A stretch of DNA of 64,000 nt from Cyclobacteriaceae bacterium. GTDB taxonomy: Bacteria; Bacteroidota; Bacteroidia; Cytophagales; Cyclobacteriaceae. Positions 30,433 through 40,286 of this stretch are shown here, piece after piece; position 1 is the stretch's first letter; each line of letters starts with the position of its first letter. The notes under the pieces are model-generated. The model was not told the DNA's origin, made no database searches, and worked only from the letters and a program-made list of their open reading frames with translations. The translations under genes and the position numbers were made by a program. The stretch is taken from assembly GCA_965223915.1 (NCBI GenBank), contig OZ245027.1:109646-173645 (forward strand). The letters are read 5' to 3'.

Positions 30433-32055
30433 ATGCAGAGCCAGACAGCTATACATAAGATGCCTTACACCTTCAATGCAGAAGAGTTTCCGGCTTTGGA
30501 AGCATACAATGCCTTCATGGAGAAGCATCACATACTCATCAATGATAAACTCCGAAGCAACCTGATTGATGATCCTAAATTTGGCCCCATCATTCAGGCT
30601 CAAACCCAGGAAGAACAAAAAGCACAACAAGCCCACTCCAGAAAGCTTGAGCGTGAGGCAATCCTCCAAAACAATTGGAAAACCCATGCGGATCACTTGT
30701 TCAATCAAGGAGTTACCTATGCCCGGGTTGGTTTGAATTTTTCTGACTGGTTTCGGGTTGTGAAACAATACAGAGACCTGGCACTCCCTATCGTGACGGT
30801 GGAATGCAAAGAAGACCTGAATCTTTTATCCCAGGTACTGGATGGCATGAATAAAATGGTAGATCTGGGTATGAGTATTATTGCTGAATCGTATATCAAT
30901 GAAAAAAACACCCTCATACAGGAGGAACAGAAAGCCAAAGAGGAAACCAAAAAAGAACTTCAGAAAACCGAATCCCGCTTTAGGGCCCTGTTTGAGAATA
31001 GTCCCGATCATATATTTATGGTAAACCGGGATGCAGATATTGAATTTATCAATCATGTAGCTCCTGGTTTGAAAATGGAGGACGTGGTAGGGACAAATCT
31101 TTTGGATTTTCAAACTAAAGAAGGCAGGCAAAAGGTTGAACAGGCCCTTCAATATACCTTTAATACAGGTAAATCAACCACTTACGACTCAGAGATTCCT
31201 TTACCTGGTGGTAACAGGTATTATGCTTCTTCCGTAGCACCGATTTTCCACAAAACGAAAGTCGTGTCGGCAGCAGTCATTTCCAGAGACAATACCGAGC
31301 GTGTCACAGCAGAATTGGAAGTCAGAAAACTCAACCGTGAGCTTGAACAGCGGGTAGAGGAACGAACTGCCAATCTGTTAGCAATTAACCAGGAACTGGA
31401 AAGTTTTACCTACACGGTCTCCCATGATCTTAGAGCCCCGATCCGTGCCATCGATGGGTTTACCAAAATCTTAGTCAAAAGTCTTGATGGCAGAATAGAT
31501 GCCAAAGAAACACATTATCTGGACTGCATCCTGGGAGGCTCCAAAAAGATGGGCCATCTTATAGACGATCTACTCTCCTTTTCCAGGATGGGTCGTATCG
31601 AGAAGCGGGTAAGCACATTTTCAATGCACCAACTATTTGAGCAGGTTTTCAAAGACCTTTCGACCAACCCGCTTCCAAACAAAGTTGATTTCTCTATGGA
31701 ACAGCTTCCTGAGATAAAAGGTGACCGGGAAATGCTACGGTTGGCCGTCAGTAATCTTCTGGGCAATGCGATTAAATATTCTTCCACACAAGAGACAGCA
31801 ACCATCCACGTGAAATGCAAAGAAGAAAATAACCACCAGGTATTTAGTATAACCGATAATGGAGTAGGCTTTGAGATGGAATACCAAAACAAGGTATTTG
31901 AAATTTTTCAGCGACTTCATGATGAAGATGAATTTGAAGGGTCGGGTGTTGGCCTGGCCATTGTCAAGAAAGTCATCACCCGTCATGGCGGGAAATTATG
32001 GGTCGACTCAGAACTCGATAAAGGAACCACTTTCTATTTTTCTATACCAAAATAA
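30433..32055 (+). CDS. Cytoplasmic PAS histidine kinase with an uncharacterised helical N-terminal sensor domain
   Basis: 540-aa ORF starting 6 nt after the preceding kinase. One PAS module ([18 protein letters not shown]...). H-box [41 protein letters not shown]. Confidence 0.8.
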   Translation: MQSQTAIHKMPYTFNAEEFPALEAYNAFMEKHHILINDKLRSNLIDDPKFGPIIQAQTQEEQKAQQAHSRKLEREAILQNNWKTHADHLFNQGVTYARVGLNFSDWFRVVKQYRDLALPIVTVECKEDLNLLSQVLDGMNKMVDLGMSIIAESYINEKNTLIQEEQKAKEETKKELQKTESRFRALFENSPDHIFMVNRDADIEFINHVAPGLKMEDVVGTNLLDFQTKEGRQKVEQALQYTFNTGKSTTYDSEIPLPGGNRYYASSVAPIFHKTKVVSAAVISRDNTERVTAELEVRKLNRELEQRVEERTANLLAINQELESFTYTVSHDLRAPIRAIDGFTKILVKSLDGRIDAKETHYLDCILGGSKKMGHLIDDLLSFSRMGRIEKRVSTFSMHQLFEQVFKDLSTNPLPNKVDFSMEQLPEIKGDREMLRLAVSNLLGNAIKYSSTQETATIHVKCKEENNHQVFSITDNGVGFEMEYQNKVFEIFQRLHDEDEFEGSGVGLAIVKKVITRHGGKLWVDSELDKGTTFYFSIPK

Positions 32056-32059
32056 AGCA

Positions 32060-32524
32060 ATGATTAAATCAAATTTAGTAGAGATCTTATTACTCGAGGA
32101 CAACAAAAACGATGCTGAACTTGCCATTCTGGCCCTCGAAGAATTCAACCTGGCTAACCAAATGGTATGGCTAAAAGATGGAAAACAGGGACTTGATTTT
32201 CTCTTTGGCCGCGGTGAATATGAAGGTCGCGATGTAAGCAACCCTCCCAAATTAATTCTTCTTGACTTAAAAATGCCGAAAGTGGACGGTATTGAAGTAT
32301 TGCGTGCAATCAGAGAAGATCCAAGAACCAAATATATACCGGTGACCGTACTCACCTCTAGTAAGGAAGAGCGGGACATCATTGAAACATATAAGTTGGG
32401 TGTAAATAGTTATATCGTAAAACCAGTTGATTTTGAGCAGTTTACAAAAAGCGTAAGGGACGTAGGTTATTATTGGCTCTTATTGAACCAAAATCCAACG
32501 GGAAAGCTAAACACTGAGGAATAG
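32060..32524 (+). CDS. Single-domain response regulator (CheY/Rcp-like)
   Basis: The ATG at 32060 gives [21 protein letters not shown]...[17 protein letters not shown]...[10 protein letters not shown]...YIVKPVDF, which has all canonical receiver residues. Track ORF 31871..32524 extends backwards over the kinase 3' end and is not credible. Confidence 0.85.
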   Translation: MIKSNLVEILLLEDNKNDAELAILALEEFNLANQMVWLKDGKQGLDFLFGRGEYEGRDVSNPPKLILLDLKMPKVDGIEVLRAIREDPRTKYIPVTVLTSSKEERDIIETYKLGVNSYIVKPVDFEQFTKSVRDVGYYWLLLNQNPTGKLNTEE

Positions 32525-32543
32525 GTACTGTTGAAAAAAAGCT

Positions 32544-34403
32544 ATGGGAAAGAAAGAAAAACTACTTGTTTTAATATTAGAGGATCTATTCAGCGACATT
32601 GAGCTTATCAAGCTTCAATTTCATGAACTTGATTTTGAAGTCAGCTTTATTTTTTGTCACAATAAACAATCTTTTGAAGAAAAGCTCACAGAGGAAAACC
32701 CAGACCTGGTGATTTCTGACTATTCAATCCCCGGATACAATGGGTTAAAAGCCTTACAATTCCTGAGAACAAAAGACGAATTGACACCATTTATCTTTGT
32801 GACAGGCACGCTGGGAGAAGAAAAAGCCGTAGGAGCCATCAAAGCGGGAGCAACAGATTTTGTGACCAAGAATCGGTTAGATCTGCTACCCGCTGCCATC
32901 CTAAGATCGTTGAGGGAACGGGAAGAAAAAATAAAAAAGAATGCCGCCCTGGTAGAAATTTTCGAGAAGGAGAGAAAGTTTGAAGCACTCATCGAAAATT
33001 CCAGTGATTGGGTCAGTGTGCTGTCAGAAGATCATTTTTTCCTTTACATCAGCTCCTCCGTTCACAGGATATTGGGCTACCATATTGCTGATCTCAGATC
33101 GTTGAACTACTTTGATATTGTCCATCCTGATGATCAAGGCAGACTCTATGAGGAATTCAACAAGATTAAAACCTCCAAAATAGTAACCCTGACGCCTTAT
33201 AGAGTGCTGGACAAGCGGAAAAAATACAGGTGGCTGGATACCATCATTGCCAACAGAACAGATGACTCCGCGATTGAAGGCATTTCTGCCAATTCGAGAG
33301 ATATCACTGAGACACACCAACAAAGAATCCTTGACGAAATAATCGCCAGTTTTCAACGCATTTTTAGCGAACCAAGAAAACTGGATACTCAGCTACAGTT
33401 CATTCTTAGATTACTCAAAAATCATAGTTCAGCTGATTATGCGGAGTGGTGGTTAAGCGATATCGATGAAAGCCGAATGATCAAAAGAGCAACGGCATTC
33501 AATGGCAGTGACCTTATTCCCTTTGTGCAGAAAACCAAAGCCGTGAGATCGGCTGATAAGAAGTCAGGCATTCTGGGAAAAGTCTGGAAAGCCGGGAAAC
33601 CCATTTTATTGTCTGATATTGATACTGATAAGACGCTAAACCTGGGACTTGTTAAAAACGAATTGAAATCTGCTCTGGGTATCCCGCTTGAATATAGTGG
33701 GAAGTCTGTAGCCACTTTGGTATTCTATTTTAAGACTCCGGTTCCCGAGCTTGACTTCTTCTATGATGTATTGGAAAACACGAATAATGCACTGAGTATC
33801 GAGCTTCAGAGACGCAAGAGTGAAGAAGAGCTGGCCCATATTTTCAACTTATCTCCGGATATTCTTTGCGTGATGAGTCCCGAAGGCACCATTAAAAAAA
33901 TTAGTCCTTCGATTGAACGTAACCTGGGCTATTTACCGCATGAAATCCTGTCTACAAATATTGAGGAGTTAATTCATCCTTTTGATATAAAAAAAGCCAC
34001 ACTATTCAACCGGAGTAATTTGCAAGGTAAATCCATCCATTATTTTGAGAGTAGGATGATGACCAATACCGGAGAATACAAATGGTTTGCCTGGTCCGCC
34101 TTCCCCCTAATAGAAGAAGAACTGATCATTGTGATCGGAAAAGACATTCATGAGAAGAAAATTATCGATAAAACCCTGGAGGATCAAAATGCCCAGCTTA
34201 AGGAAATAGCCTGGTCTCAGTCTCATGAAGTTCGGGCACCCCTGGCCCGCATCATGAGTATCCTGGAAGTACTCAATAAAGGCGAAGTGGCTGAAAGGAA
34301 TATTGAATACATTAAGCACCTCAATGAGTCTGCGGCCGAGCTGGATTCAATCATCCGGAAAACAATCGATTCGACTATCAATCTGGATTATTCTTTTCAT
34401 TAA
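32544..34403 (+). CDS. Receiver-PAS-GAF-PAS protein ending in a HisKA/DHp domain with no ATPase domain
   Basis: 619-aa ORF. Receiver: LVLILEDLFSD...VISDYSIPGYNG...FVTKN. PAS and GAF-like middle region. H-box WSQSHEVRAPLARIMSI sits ~60 aa before the stop. No N/G1/G2 boxes follow. Confidence 0.8.
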   Translation: MGKKEKLLVLILEDLFSDIELIKLQFHELDFEVSFIFCHNKQSFEEKLTEENPDLVISDYSIPGYNGLKALQFLRTKDELTPFIFVTGTLGEEKAVGAIKAGATDFVTKNRLDLLPAAILRSLREREEKIKKNAALVEIFEKERKFEALIENSSDWVSVLSEDHFFLYISSSVHRILGYHIADLRSLNYFDIVHPDDQGRLYEEFNKIKTSKIVTLTPYRVLDKRKKYRWLDTIIANRTDDSAIEGISANSRDITETHQQRILDEIIASFQRIFSEPRKLDTQLQFILRLLKNHSSADYAEWWLSDIDESRMIKRATAFNGSDLIPFVQKTKAVRSADKKSGILGKVWKAGKPILLSDIDTDKTLNLGLVKNELKSALGIPLEYSGKSVATLVFYFKTPVPELDFFYDVLENTNNALSIELQRRKSEEELAHIFNLSPDILCVMSPEGTIKKISPSIERNLGYLPHEILSTNIEELIHPFDIKKATLFNRSNLQGKSIHYFESRMMTNTGEYKWFAWSAFPLIEEELIIVIGKDIHEKKIIDKTLEDQNAQLKEIAWSQSHEVRAPLARIMSILEVLNKGEVAERNIEYIKHLNESAAELDSIIRKTIDSTINLDYSFH

Positions 34404-34404
34404 T

Positions 34405-34794
34405 ATGGGTTACCGGGTCATAGTAGTAGATGACGATATGGTCACCTCGGAAGTCCAAAAGCAATTGATCATCGATAGCGGACTTTCAGATCAGCCAATA
34501 TCATTCAGGGATGGAAAGGAATTTATGGATGCTTCGAATGACTTGCAAAAGGAAAGTGACCAGTACATTGTATTGCTGGACATCAATATGCCAAAAATGG
34601 ATGCCTGGCAGGTGATGGACCAGCTTCCGGAAGACTTCTGGAAAAAGGTTAAGATATATATCACCACTTCGTCAACCGACAGCCGCGACAAAGAACGCGC
34701 TAAGCAATATAAGGTCCACGGATACATAGAAAAGCCATTAACCATCAATAAATGTCTGGAACTAAAGGATCAGCATAGTACGGGTGGTTCCTAA
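34405..34794 (+). CDS. Single-domain response regulator
   Basis: The ATG at 34405, 2 nt after the previous stop, gives MGYRVIVVDDDMVTSE...VLLDINMPKMDAWQ...ITTSSTDSRD...YIEKPL. The track extension to 34303 overlaps the previous gene. Confidence 0.8.
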   Translation: MGYRVIVVDDDMVTSEVQKQLIIDSGLSDQPISFRDGKEFMDASNDLQKESDQYIVLLDINMPKMDAWQVMDQLPEDFWKKVKIYITTSSTDSRDKERAKQYKVHGYIEKPLTINKCLELKDQHSTGGS

Positions 34795-34855
34795 TTATCT
34801 CATGGTTGTATTACATTGACACCACGGTAATTGACGTTACCTGGCCTGGTATTGG

Positions 34856-35500
34856 TTACTCGTTTGCTTCAAAAGGGAAGTAATCCAATACGTCATACTC
34901 CCAAACATTGGTAGGGAAGATGACAACAAGGTTGGCCGTTTTCTCTCCGATATTCTTGAAAGCATGGGGTACCATCGGAGGTATATTTACAATATATGGA
35001 GCCTCAATGGTAAACAGTGTATCACCCAGCGCATAAAGGATCGTACCTTCCAGTAAAACATGGGATTCTTCCCCCTTGTGGGTGTGCATGGGTGGCGCAC
35101 CCCCCGGAAATGTTTCGGTAATGCCAATGACCAGGTTTTGATAGCCATGTTTATAGCCTTCCATGACGTGAACATACTCTCCGGGCCCGGGATTGATCGC
35201 AGGCAGGTCTTCCACTTTGGCAACATACTCGCTCCAGTTTTTCAACTCCTTACTCTCATAGCCTGGTGGTACCGTTCTTCGTTCCAATACTTTGTGTGAA
35301 TGATGCTGTGCATGTAAATATTCAATGATAGAATCCGGGACGGTCTTTACCTCATCAACGAGATTTTCGATTGAAAATGTCTCTTTCGTGAGGTCATGTG
35401 GATGTGAATGACTTTCTGAATGTTCTTTTTCCTGGTTGGAACAAGAAATTGTGACCGCAATGATCAGTAAGCAGCCAAAAAAGTAGATTAGCTTATTCAT
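34856..35500 (-). CDS. Cupin-domain lipoprotein with a His-rich linker
   Basis: Signal peptide plus lipobox (FFGCLLIIAVTISC), then HSESHSHPHD. Cupin motifs are PGGAPPMHTHKGEESHVLLEG and PPMVPHAFKN. Confidence 0.75.
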   Translation of the reverse strand: MNKLIYFFGCLLIIAVTISCSNQEKEHSESHSHPHDLTKETFSIENLVDEVKTVPDSIIEYLHAQHHSHKVLERRTVPPGYESKELKNWSEYVAKVEDLPAINPGPGEYVHVMEGYKHGYQNLVIGITETFPGGAPPMHTHKGEESHVLLEGTILYALGDTLFTIEAPYIVNIPPMVPHAFKNIGEKTANLVVIFPTNVWEYDVLDYFPFEANE

Positions 35501-35650
35501 GTTGGTGGGTTTTGGTGGCTTTTATTAGCGTTTGAGCATAACTAATCTACAAAAATCCACGATGAGAAGCAATGGGTGAATTAGTCCTCAGATCTACCGT
35601 AGTTATGATTGAATAAGGTTTAATTGTACCTTTCGCTGGCTTCAATCATA

Positions 35651-35676
35651 CCCCGACTGGTGTCCTCACCAGACGG
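35651..35676. repeat. REP-like palindrome, family D
   Basis: ccCCGaCTGGTGtcctCACCAGaCGG has a 10-bp stem. The same element occurs at 41132-41158, 62097-62122 and 62939-62964, with the loop in the opposite orientation. Confidence 0.75.
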
Positions 35677-35767
35677 TAATAAGTCCTATGCAGGTCGGTA
35701 GGAACAGGACACTATGGGGATGAAAACACCGGCCTGAATCAATGCTTAATCCATCCACTATTCCGGA

Positions 35768-36970
35768 TCACATTGATAGCTCCCTGAAGGCGTGTTTGAA
35801 GGTATTTGCCAGTGATCCGGGGCTCACTTCCAATAGTCTCATTGAAGTACACCCATCAAAATAAGCAAATTGCCTCACTGTTTCTACAAACGACCCAAGC
35901 CAGACACTTACATCCAATTGGGTGTTTTCAATATGCAAATGGATCAACTCAAATTCCCCTTTACTCCGATATGTTTTACAATCCACGCGTCCGATAAACT
36001 CCTCACCAAATAAAATGGGCAGGCAAAAGTAACCGTACCGCCTTTTAGGCTGGGGTGTATAGCATTCCATGCGGTAGTCAAACCCAAAGAGCTTCGCTGT
36101 TCGATCGCGGTGGATGATGGCATTGTCGAAGGGAGATAAAAGTTTGATGCTGTCGGGCGCTTTTTTGATGGTCTTTTCCAGTAATTCACAGAACACATAC
36201 ATAGGTGGCAGCCCTTCAATGATTACTTCCTGCACTTCCTTTTGCTCTACCATATTACGCAGGACTTCCTCAATGCTTTTACGGAGTTTCTGCCCTTTTT
36301 TCAAATGAGCTATTTGCTTCACATTGGTCACACCATAAGCTCGCAAATGCGTTTCAACTAAATATTGTGCATACTGCAGAGCATCTGGTTCCGAAGTGTC
36401 AATCGAATCCGGGAGCACCCTTTCGCTGATGTCATAGATCTTTTGCATGCCCTCCCGACCAGCGATCATCAGCTCCCCCTGCATGAAGAGTTTCTCCAGC
36501 GCCACCTTTGCGGGCTTCCAATTCCACCAGCTACCTAATTTTTTACTCGCTGCCTGAAAGTCTCTCGCCTTTTGCGGACCATCCAAACGAATTTGGTCAT
36601 ATACCCGAGTCAATACCTTTGGATCCACATTGTAATGATGGGATTGTTCTCGCTTAAATTGCTGCATAAGGGGGATAGCAAAACGGTAATCGCGCATAGG
36701 CAAATAGGAAGCTGCATGAAACCAATACTCAAAGACCTTGCGCTCTTCAATTAAACGATCCAGGTATTCATCTTTGTAGTCTGGTATTCTGGTCCAAAAT
36801 GTGTGATGATGCGCTCGCTTTACAACCGAAAGCGTGTCAATTTGCACGTAGCCTAGCTGTTCCAATGCCGCTAAAACCGCTCGTTTTCCTTTTCCGAATG
36901 GATTGGTTTTATATAAGCCCTGGCAGGCCAAGGTCGCCCTGCGAAGCTGTGATAATTGCCTTTTAGTCAT
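35768..36970 (-). CDS. YcaQ-family winged-helix protein (DUF1006; interstrand-crosslink DNA glycosylase family)
   Basis: 400-aa ORF. The N-terminus (LSQLRRATLACQGL...AVLAALEQLGYVQIDTLSVVKRAHHHTFWTRIPDY) matches the conserved YcaQ/AlkZ-type start as I recall it. Confidence 0.7.
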   Translation of the reverse strand: MTKRQLSQLRRATLACQGLYKTNPFGKGKRAVLAALEQLGYVQIDTLSVVKRAHHHTFWTRIPDYKDEYLDRLIEERKVFEYWFHAASYLPMRDYRFAIPLMQQFKREQSHHYNVDPKVLTRVYDQIRLDGPQKARDFQAASKKLGSWWNWKPAKVALEKLFMQGELMIAGREGMQKIYDISERVLPDSIDTSEPDALQYAQYLVETHLRAYGVTNVKQIAHLKKGQKLRKSIEEVLRNMVEQKEVQEVIIEGLPPMYVFCELLEKTIKKAPDSIKLLSPFDNAIIHRDRTAKLFGFDYRMECYTPQPKRRYGYFCLPILFGEEFIGRVDCKTYRSKGEFELIHLHIENTQLDVSVWLGSFVETVRQFAYFDGCTSMRLLEVSPGSLANTFKHAFRELSM

Positions 36971-37059
36971 TCATGATGCTCTCCTGGCTAAAACTAGTAG
37001 AATTTATCAACTTAGAGCGAGAGCGGATATCCCTAAACACCTCCTGGAGGAGAAAATAC

Positions 37060-37947
37060 TCACTTTGGCTTGTTGAGCATCTCCTGCATCATCTTGCTAA
37101 ATAGTTCCTTGGGAGATTTATCAAACAAGCTTGTTTCTTCCCCCAACACCTCAATAGAGCTATCCGACGAAATAAAGTCATCGTCGACATAATGAAACAA
37201 TCGCCACTTCCCCTTATGATACTCCAGGGCTGTCATGTTCTCTACCCAATCGCCTGAATTGAGATACATGACCTTGCGTTTACCCACTTTAAATTCTTTC
37301 AATTTGGGTGTATGGATATGGCCACACACTACATAATCATATCCATTATCGGCTGCTATCCGGGTAGCGGTCGTTTCAAACAGCTTCATGGATTTTGATG
37401 AGCCCTTCACACCGTCTTTGATCTTTTTGGATAGTGAGATCCTCCCCTTCCCCATGAGTTGACTGAAAAAGTTGAAGACTTTGTTGAGTACGATTAAAAC
37501 GCCATAACCGATCGCTCCCAGCCTGGCCAGCCAGCGCGAATGTGCCATCGTCACATCGAAAACGTCTCCATGAAAGATCCAGGCCTTTTTAGATTTCAGC
37601 CTGAGAGTCATTTTGTTTTCAATCTGAAAACTCCCCACCTTCAGACCCTCAAACTTCCTGAGCATTTCATCATGGTTGCCGGTGATGTAGGTGGTGTCGA
37701 TGCCCAGGGAAATCCATCTTAAAAGCTGACTTAGCACCTTCATGTGGCTTTTTGGCCAGTACCGCTTGCTGAATTGCCAAATGTCTACGATATCACCATT
37801 CAGAACCACCCGCTTGGGTTCGATGCTCTTCAGGTAATTGGTCAGCTCCTTGGCCTTGCATCCATAAGTGCCTAAATGAATATCCGAGAGCACCAACAGA
37901 TCCACTTTTCTTCTACCCCTGGGTTTTTCCTTTTTCCCGGATTTCAT
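37060..37947 (-). CDS. LpxH-like metallophosphoesterase (UDP-2,3-diacylglucosamine diphosphatase family)
   Basis: Calcineurin-like motifs appear in order: LSDIHLG, NGDIVD, GNHDE, FHGDVFD, CGHIHTP. Confidence 0.75.
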   Translation of the reverse strand: MKSGKKEKPRGRRKVDLLVLSDIHLGTYGCKAKELTNYLKSIEPKRVVLNGDIVDIWQFSKRYWPKSHMKVLSQLLRWISLGIDTTYITGNHDEMLRKFEGLKVGSFQIENKMTLRLKSKKAWIFHGDVFDVTMAHSRWLARLGAIGYGVLIVLNKVFNFFSQLMGKGRISLSKKIKDGVKGSSKSMKLFETTATRIAADNGYDYVVCGHIHTPKLKEFKVGKRKVMYLNSGDWVENMTALEYHKGKWRLFHYVDDDFISSDSSIEVLGEETSLFDKSPKELFSKMMQEMLNKPK

Positions 37948-38142
37948 GATATGCTAACTGGTGATTCAGGTAAGTTCGGGAATTGTGGTGAGAAATGGAA
38001 CGTGTCCGTTCACACATTTATGAATTGAATGATATCGTTTAATCGCGCCCTATAACTGCTGCTTAACCTTAAAAAAACTGAAAAGCTATTGAATAAAAGC
38101 TCGGTTTATTGTATCTTGAATAGGATTCCACCTCTTACTGCA

Positions 38143-38604
38143 ATGAAATTACTGCTTTCCATTATCACCATATGCAGTTTCAATTTCCTATTCTCCCAGG
38201 TAAATTACAATATCAGTAGCTACTCTGGAAATCTGCAAACAGGTACTATTTCGGTGAATTCGTCGGCTGGAGATTTGGTCGCCGGAGAGCTCACAACAAC
38301 AAATATTACCATTTACAACGCGTTCGTTATCATCCTTAAAGACGATGAACCACCTCTTTCAGTCACAGGTAATTACTTTAGAGTCTACCCCAATCCTGTT
38401 TCTGAAATTTTAAAAGTAGAGACCAGTTATGGTAAGATAGAGGCCATAGAAATTCATGACATAAAGGGTAGAAAAATAGAATTCAACTATTTATTTACTA
38501 ATGAGTTGGATCTTTCCCAGCTGACTCCAGGCACCTACATGCTTAGGTTAACAATGCAAACTCCTAAAACGAATAAGTTAATTAAAATCATCAAGCTAAA
38601 ATGA
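38143..38604 (+). CDS. Small secreted protein with a T9SS C-terminal sorting domain
   Basis: Start placed at ATG 38143 (MKLLLSIITICSFNFLFSQ signal peptide). The C-terminus (FRVYPNPVSEILKVE...IEIHDIKGRKI...LTPGTYMLRL...KIIK) is T9SS type A CTD-like. Confidence 0.7.
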   Translation: MKLLLSIITICSFNFLFSQVNYNISSYSGNLQTGTISVNSSAGDLVAGELTTTNITIYNAFVIILKDDEPPLSVTGNYFRVYPNPVSEILKVETSYGKIEAIEIHDIKGRKIEFNYLFTNELDLSQLTPGTYMLRLTMQTPKTNKLIKIIKLK

Positions 38605-38605
38605 C

Positions 38606-40171
38606 ATGAAACCCATAAAAATATCGGTGCTATTTTCTCTAATAGCTTTCGTATGTTATTCTCAAGCACCAGCCGGATTTAATTATCAGGGAGTAGCTAC
38701 GGATGCAGAAGGAGATCCTATCCCTGATAAGAATATTAGCGTTTTAATGACCATATTGGGTGGTACAGGAAATCAACCGGATAGTCCTTTGTATGAAGAA
38801 TCACATGAAGTTGCGACAAATACTTATGGCTTATTTTCATTAATAGTCGGAGGTGGAAACATTGCTTTTGGAGAATTTGGAGATATTGATTGGTCTTTGG
38901 GTTCAAAGTTTCTCAAAATTGGGATTGATGTGGAAGGGGAAACTAATTATGTGACCATAGGAACGGTACAATTACTTTCAGTACCCTATGCCTTATATGC
39001 GGAAACTTCCGGTGGAGATAACGACAGTGATCCTGCGAATGAAATTCAGGACCTGATACTTGAAGGCAATAATCTATCCGTAACAAGTAACGACAATGCA
39101 ACAACTGTTGATCTGAGTCCATATTTAGATAATACCGACAATCAGGACTTGTCTCTGGAGAGCAATAATCTTTCAATCAATAATGGACAAACTACCATTG
39201 ATTTATCCAATTATATGGATAATACTGATAATCAGGATTTGTCTGATGTTCTCCAACAGGGAGCTGATGCGGGGGGTGTAGCGATTGCCAATCTTGCAGA
39301 CCCCATAAATGATCAGGATGCAGTAACCAAAGCATATTTGGAACAACAAATTGGGACTATCGATGTCTCTCAAATTACTGGTTTGCTTGGTCAGGGTCAT
39401 ACCTTAAGTTTTCCAGATATTGTGGATAATCTTGCTGATCTAGAAATTGAGGGAGTCGCTATCACGGATAAGGTAGTAATAGTTAGCGGGATTGGTGTAG
39501 AGATTGAACGAATTAGCTTTAACAATGGCGAATCTTACGAACCTGGTTTGAACATGGAGTATCCCTTGATCTTTGAAACGATTACGGATGCAGACGCTCA
39601 GTCAATCATTGATTGGAACCAATCTAATGGTACACCTCGTGGGGGATCTTTAATTTATCGTAATATCTCAGGAACAGAGGTGAGCAGGTGGAATTTCTAT
39701 GAGTATGTGTTGGAAAGTAGCGAACCAGGAGTGGATGGAAGAACACGGTTTACCTGGGTTCATAACCTAATTCCAAATAACCTCGCTGGATTTGATTGGA
39801 GCGGCGACAATGGCAATGAAGTTTCATTCAATCCGGCTACCGATAAGTTGATAGAGATTTCAGGAGTGGGATTTCCTTTTAATGCTGAAGTAGAAGAAGA
39901 TGAAGCAAATAAAACAGTAAGCCTGATCTTTGACTACAATGAGGGAGCAGGAGTCTTTGACTGGGTAAATGATTTTGTTGTCGGGGCTGGAGTTATCAGA
40001 GCTATTTCTATCATTGAGACTACGGATGGCACAACTGCCACAGAGAGCAGTCGGGTAAACTATTTCGAGTGTTTTCCTTTTATTTATGAACATTTCTATG
40101 GTTTTGGTCTGGAAACCAAAAGGAAAACCAGGATGGTTTTTAGCTATGATTTAAATGCACCCGGCTTATAA
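38606..40171 (+). CDS. Secreted protein: tail-fibre-like N-domain, DLS..Y.DNTDNQDLS tandem repeats, and two tail-tube (gp19/TIGR02241)-like modules
   Basis: Signal peptide MKPIKISVLFSLIAFVCYSQA. The N-domain ends in QLLSVPYALYAETSG. Repeats are VDLSPYLDNTDNQDLSLESNNLS / IDLSNYMDNTDNQDLSDV. Two C-terminal modules carry VSGIGVEIERISFNNGES...IIDWNQ...GSLIYRNISGTEVSRWNFYEY and ISGVGF...VFDWVND...ISIIETTDG...VNYFECFP. The start is 2 nt after the preceding stop. Confidence 0.7.
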   Translation: MKPIKISVLFSLIAFVCYSQAPAGFNYQGVATDAEGDPIPDKNISVLMTILGGTGNQPDSPLYEESHEVATNTYGLFSLIVGGGNIAFGEFGDIDWSLGSKFLKIGIDVEGETNYVTIGTVQLLSVPYALYAETSGGDNDSDPANEIQDLILEGNNLSVTSNDNATTVDLSPYLDNTDNQDLSLESNNLSINNGQTTIDLSNYMDNTDNQDLSDVLQQGADAGGVAIANLADPINDQDAVTKAYLEQQIGTIDVSQITGLLGQGHTLSFPDIVDNLADLEIEGVAITDKVVIVSGIGVEIERISFNNGESYEPGLNMEYPLIFETITDADAQSIIDWNQSNGTPRGGSLIYRNISGTEVSRWNFYEYVLESSEPGVDGRTRFTWVHNLIPNNLAGFDWSGDNGNEVSFNPATDKLIEISGVGFPFNAEVEEDEANKTVSLIFDYNEGAGVFDWVNDFVVGAGVIRAISIIETTDGTTATESSRVNYFECFPFIYEHFYGFGLETKRKTRMVFSYDLNAPGL

Positions 40172-40209
40172 GATTGGTGTATATTACCTTCGCCAACTAC
40201 CTATTAAAA

Positions 40210-40240
40210 AGCTATCATACGATGCAATCGCGTGCTAGCT
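40210..40240. repeat. REP-like palindrome, family F
   Basis: AGCTAtcatacgatgcaatcgcgtgcTAGCT. Related copies lie at 41083-41113 and, inverted, at 62891-62922. Confidence 0.65.
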
Positions 40241-40286
40241 TTTTGTTTGCAATTCCATTTCGACACCATCGCCTTAGCTTTAAACA

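Noticed and set aside
31871-32059. Upstream extensions of the two small response-regulator ORFs (31871..., 34303...)
   Set aside because: The extensions overlap the 3' ends of the preceding kinase genes in another frame. Canonical receiver N-termini begin at ATG 32060 and ATG 34405.
38606-40171. Prophage or contractile injection system
   Set aside because: Only tail-tube-like modules inside one secreted protein are seen. There are no sheath, baseplate, capsid, terminase or integrase genes nearby.
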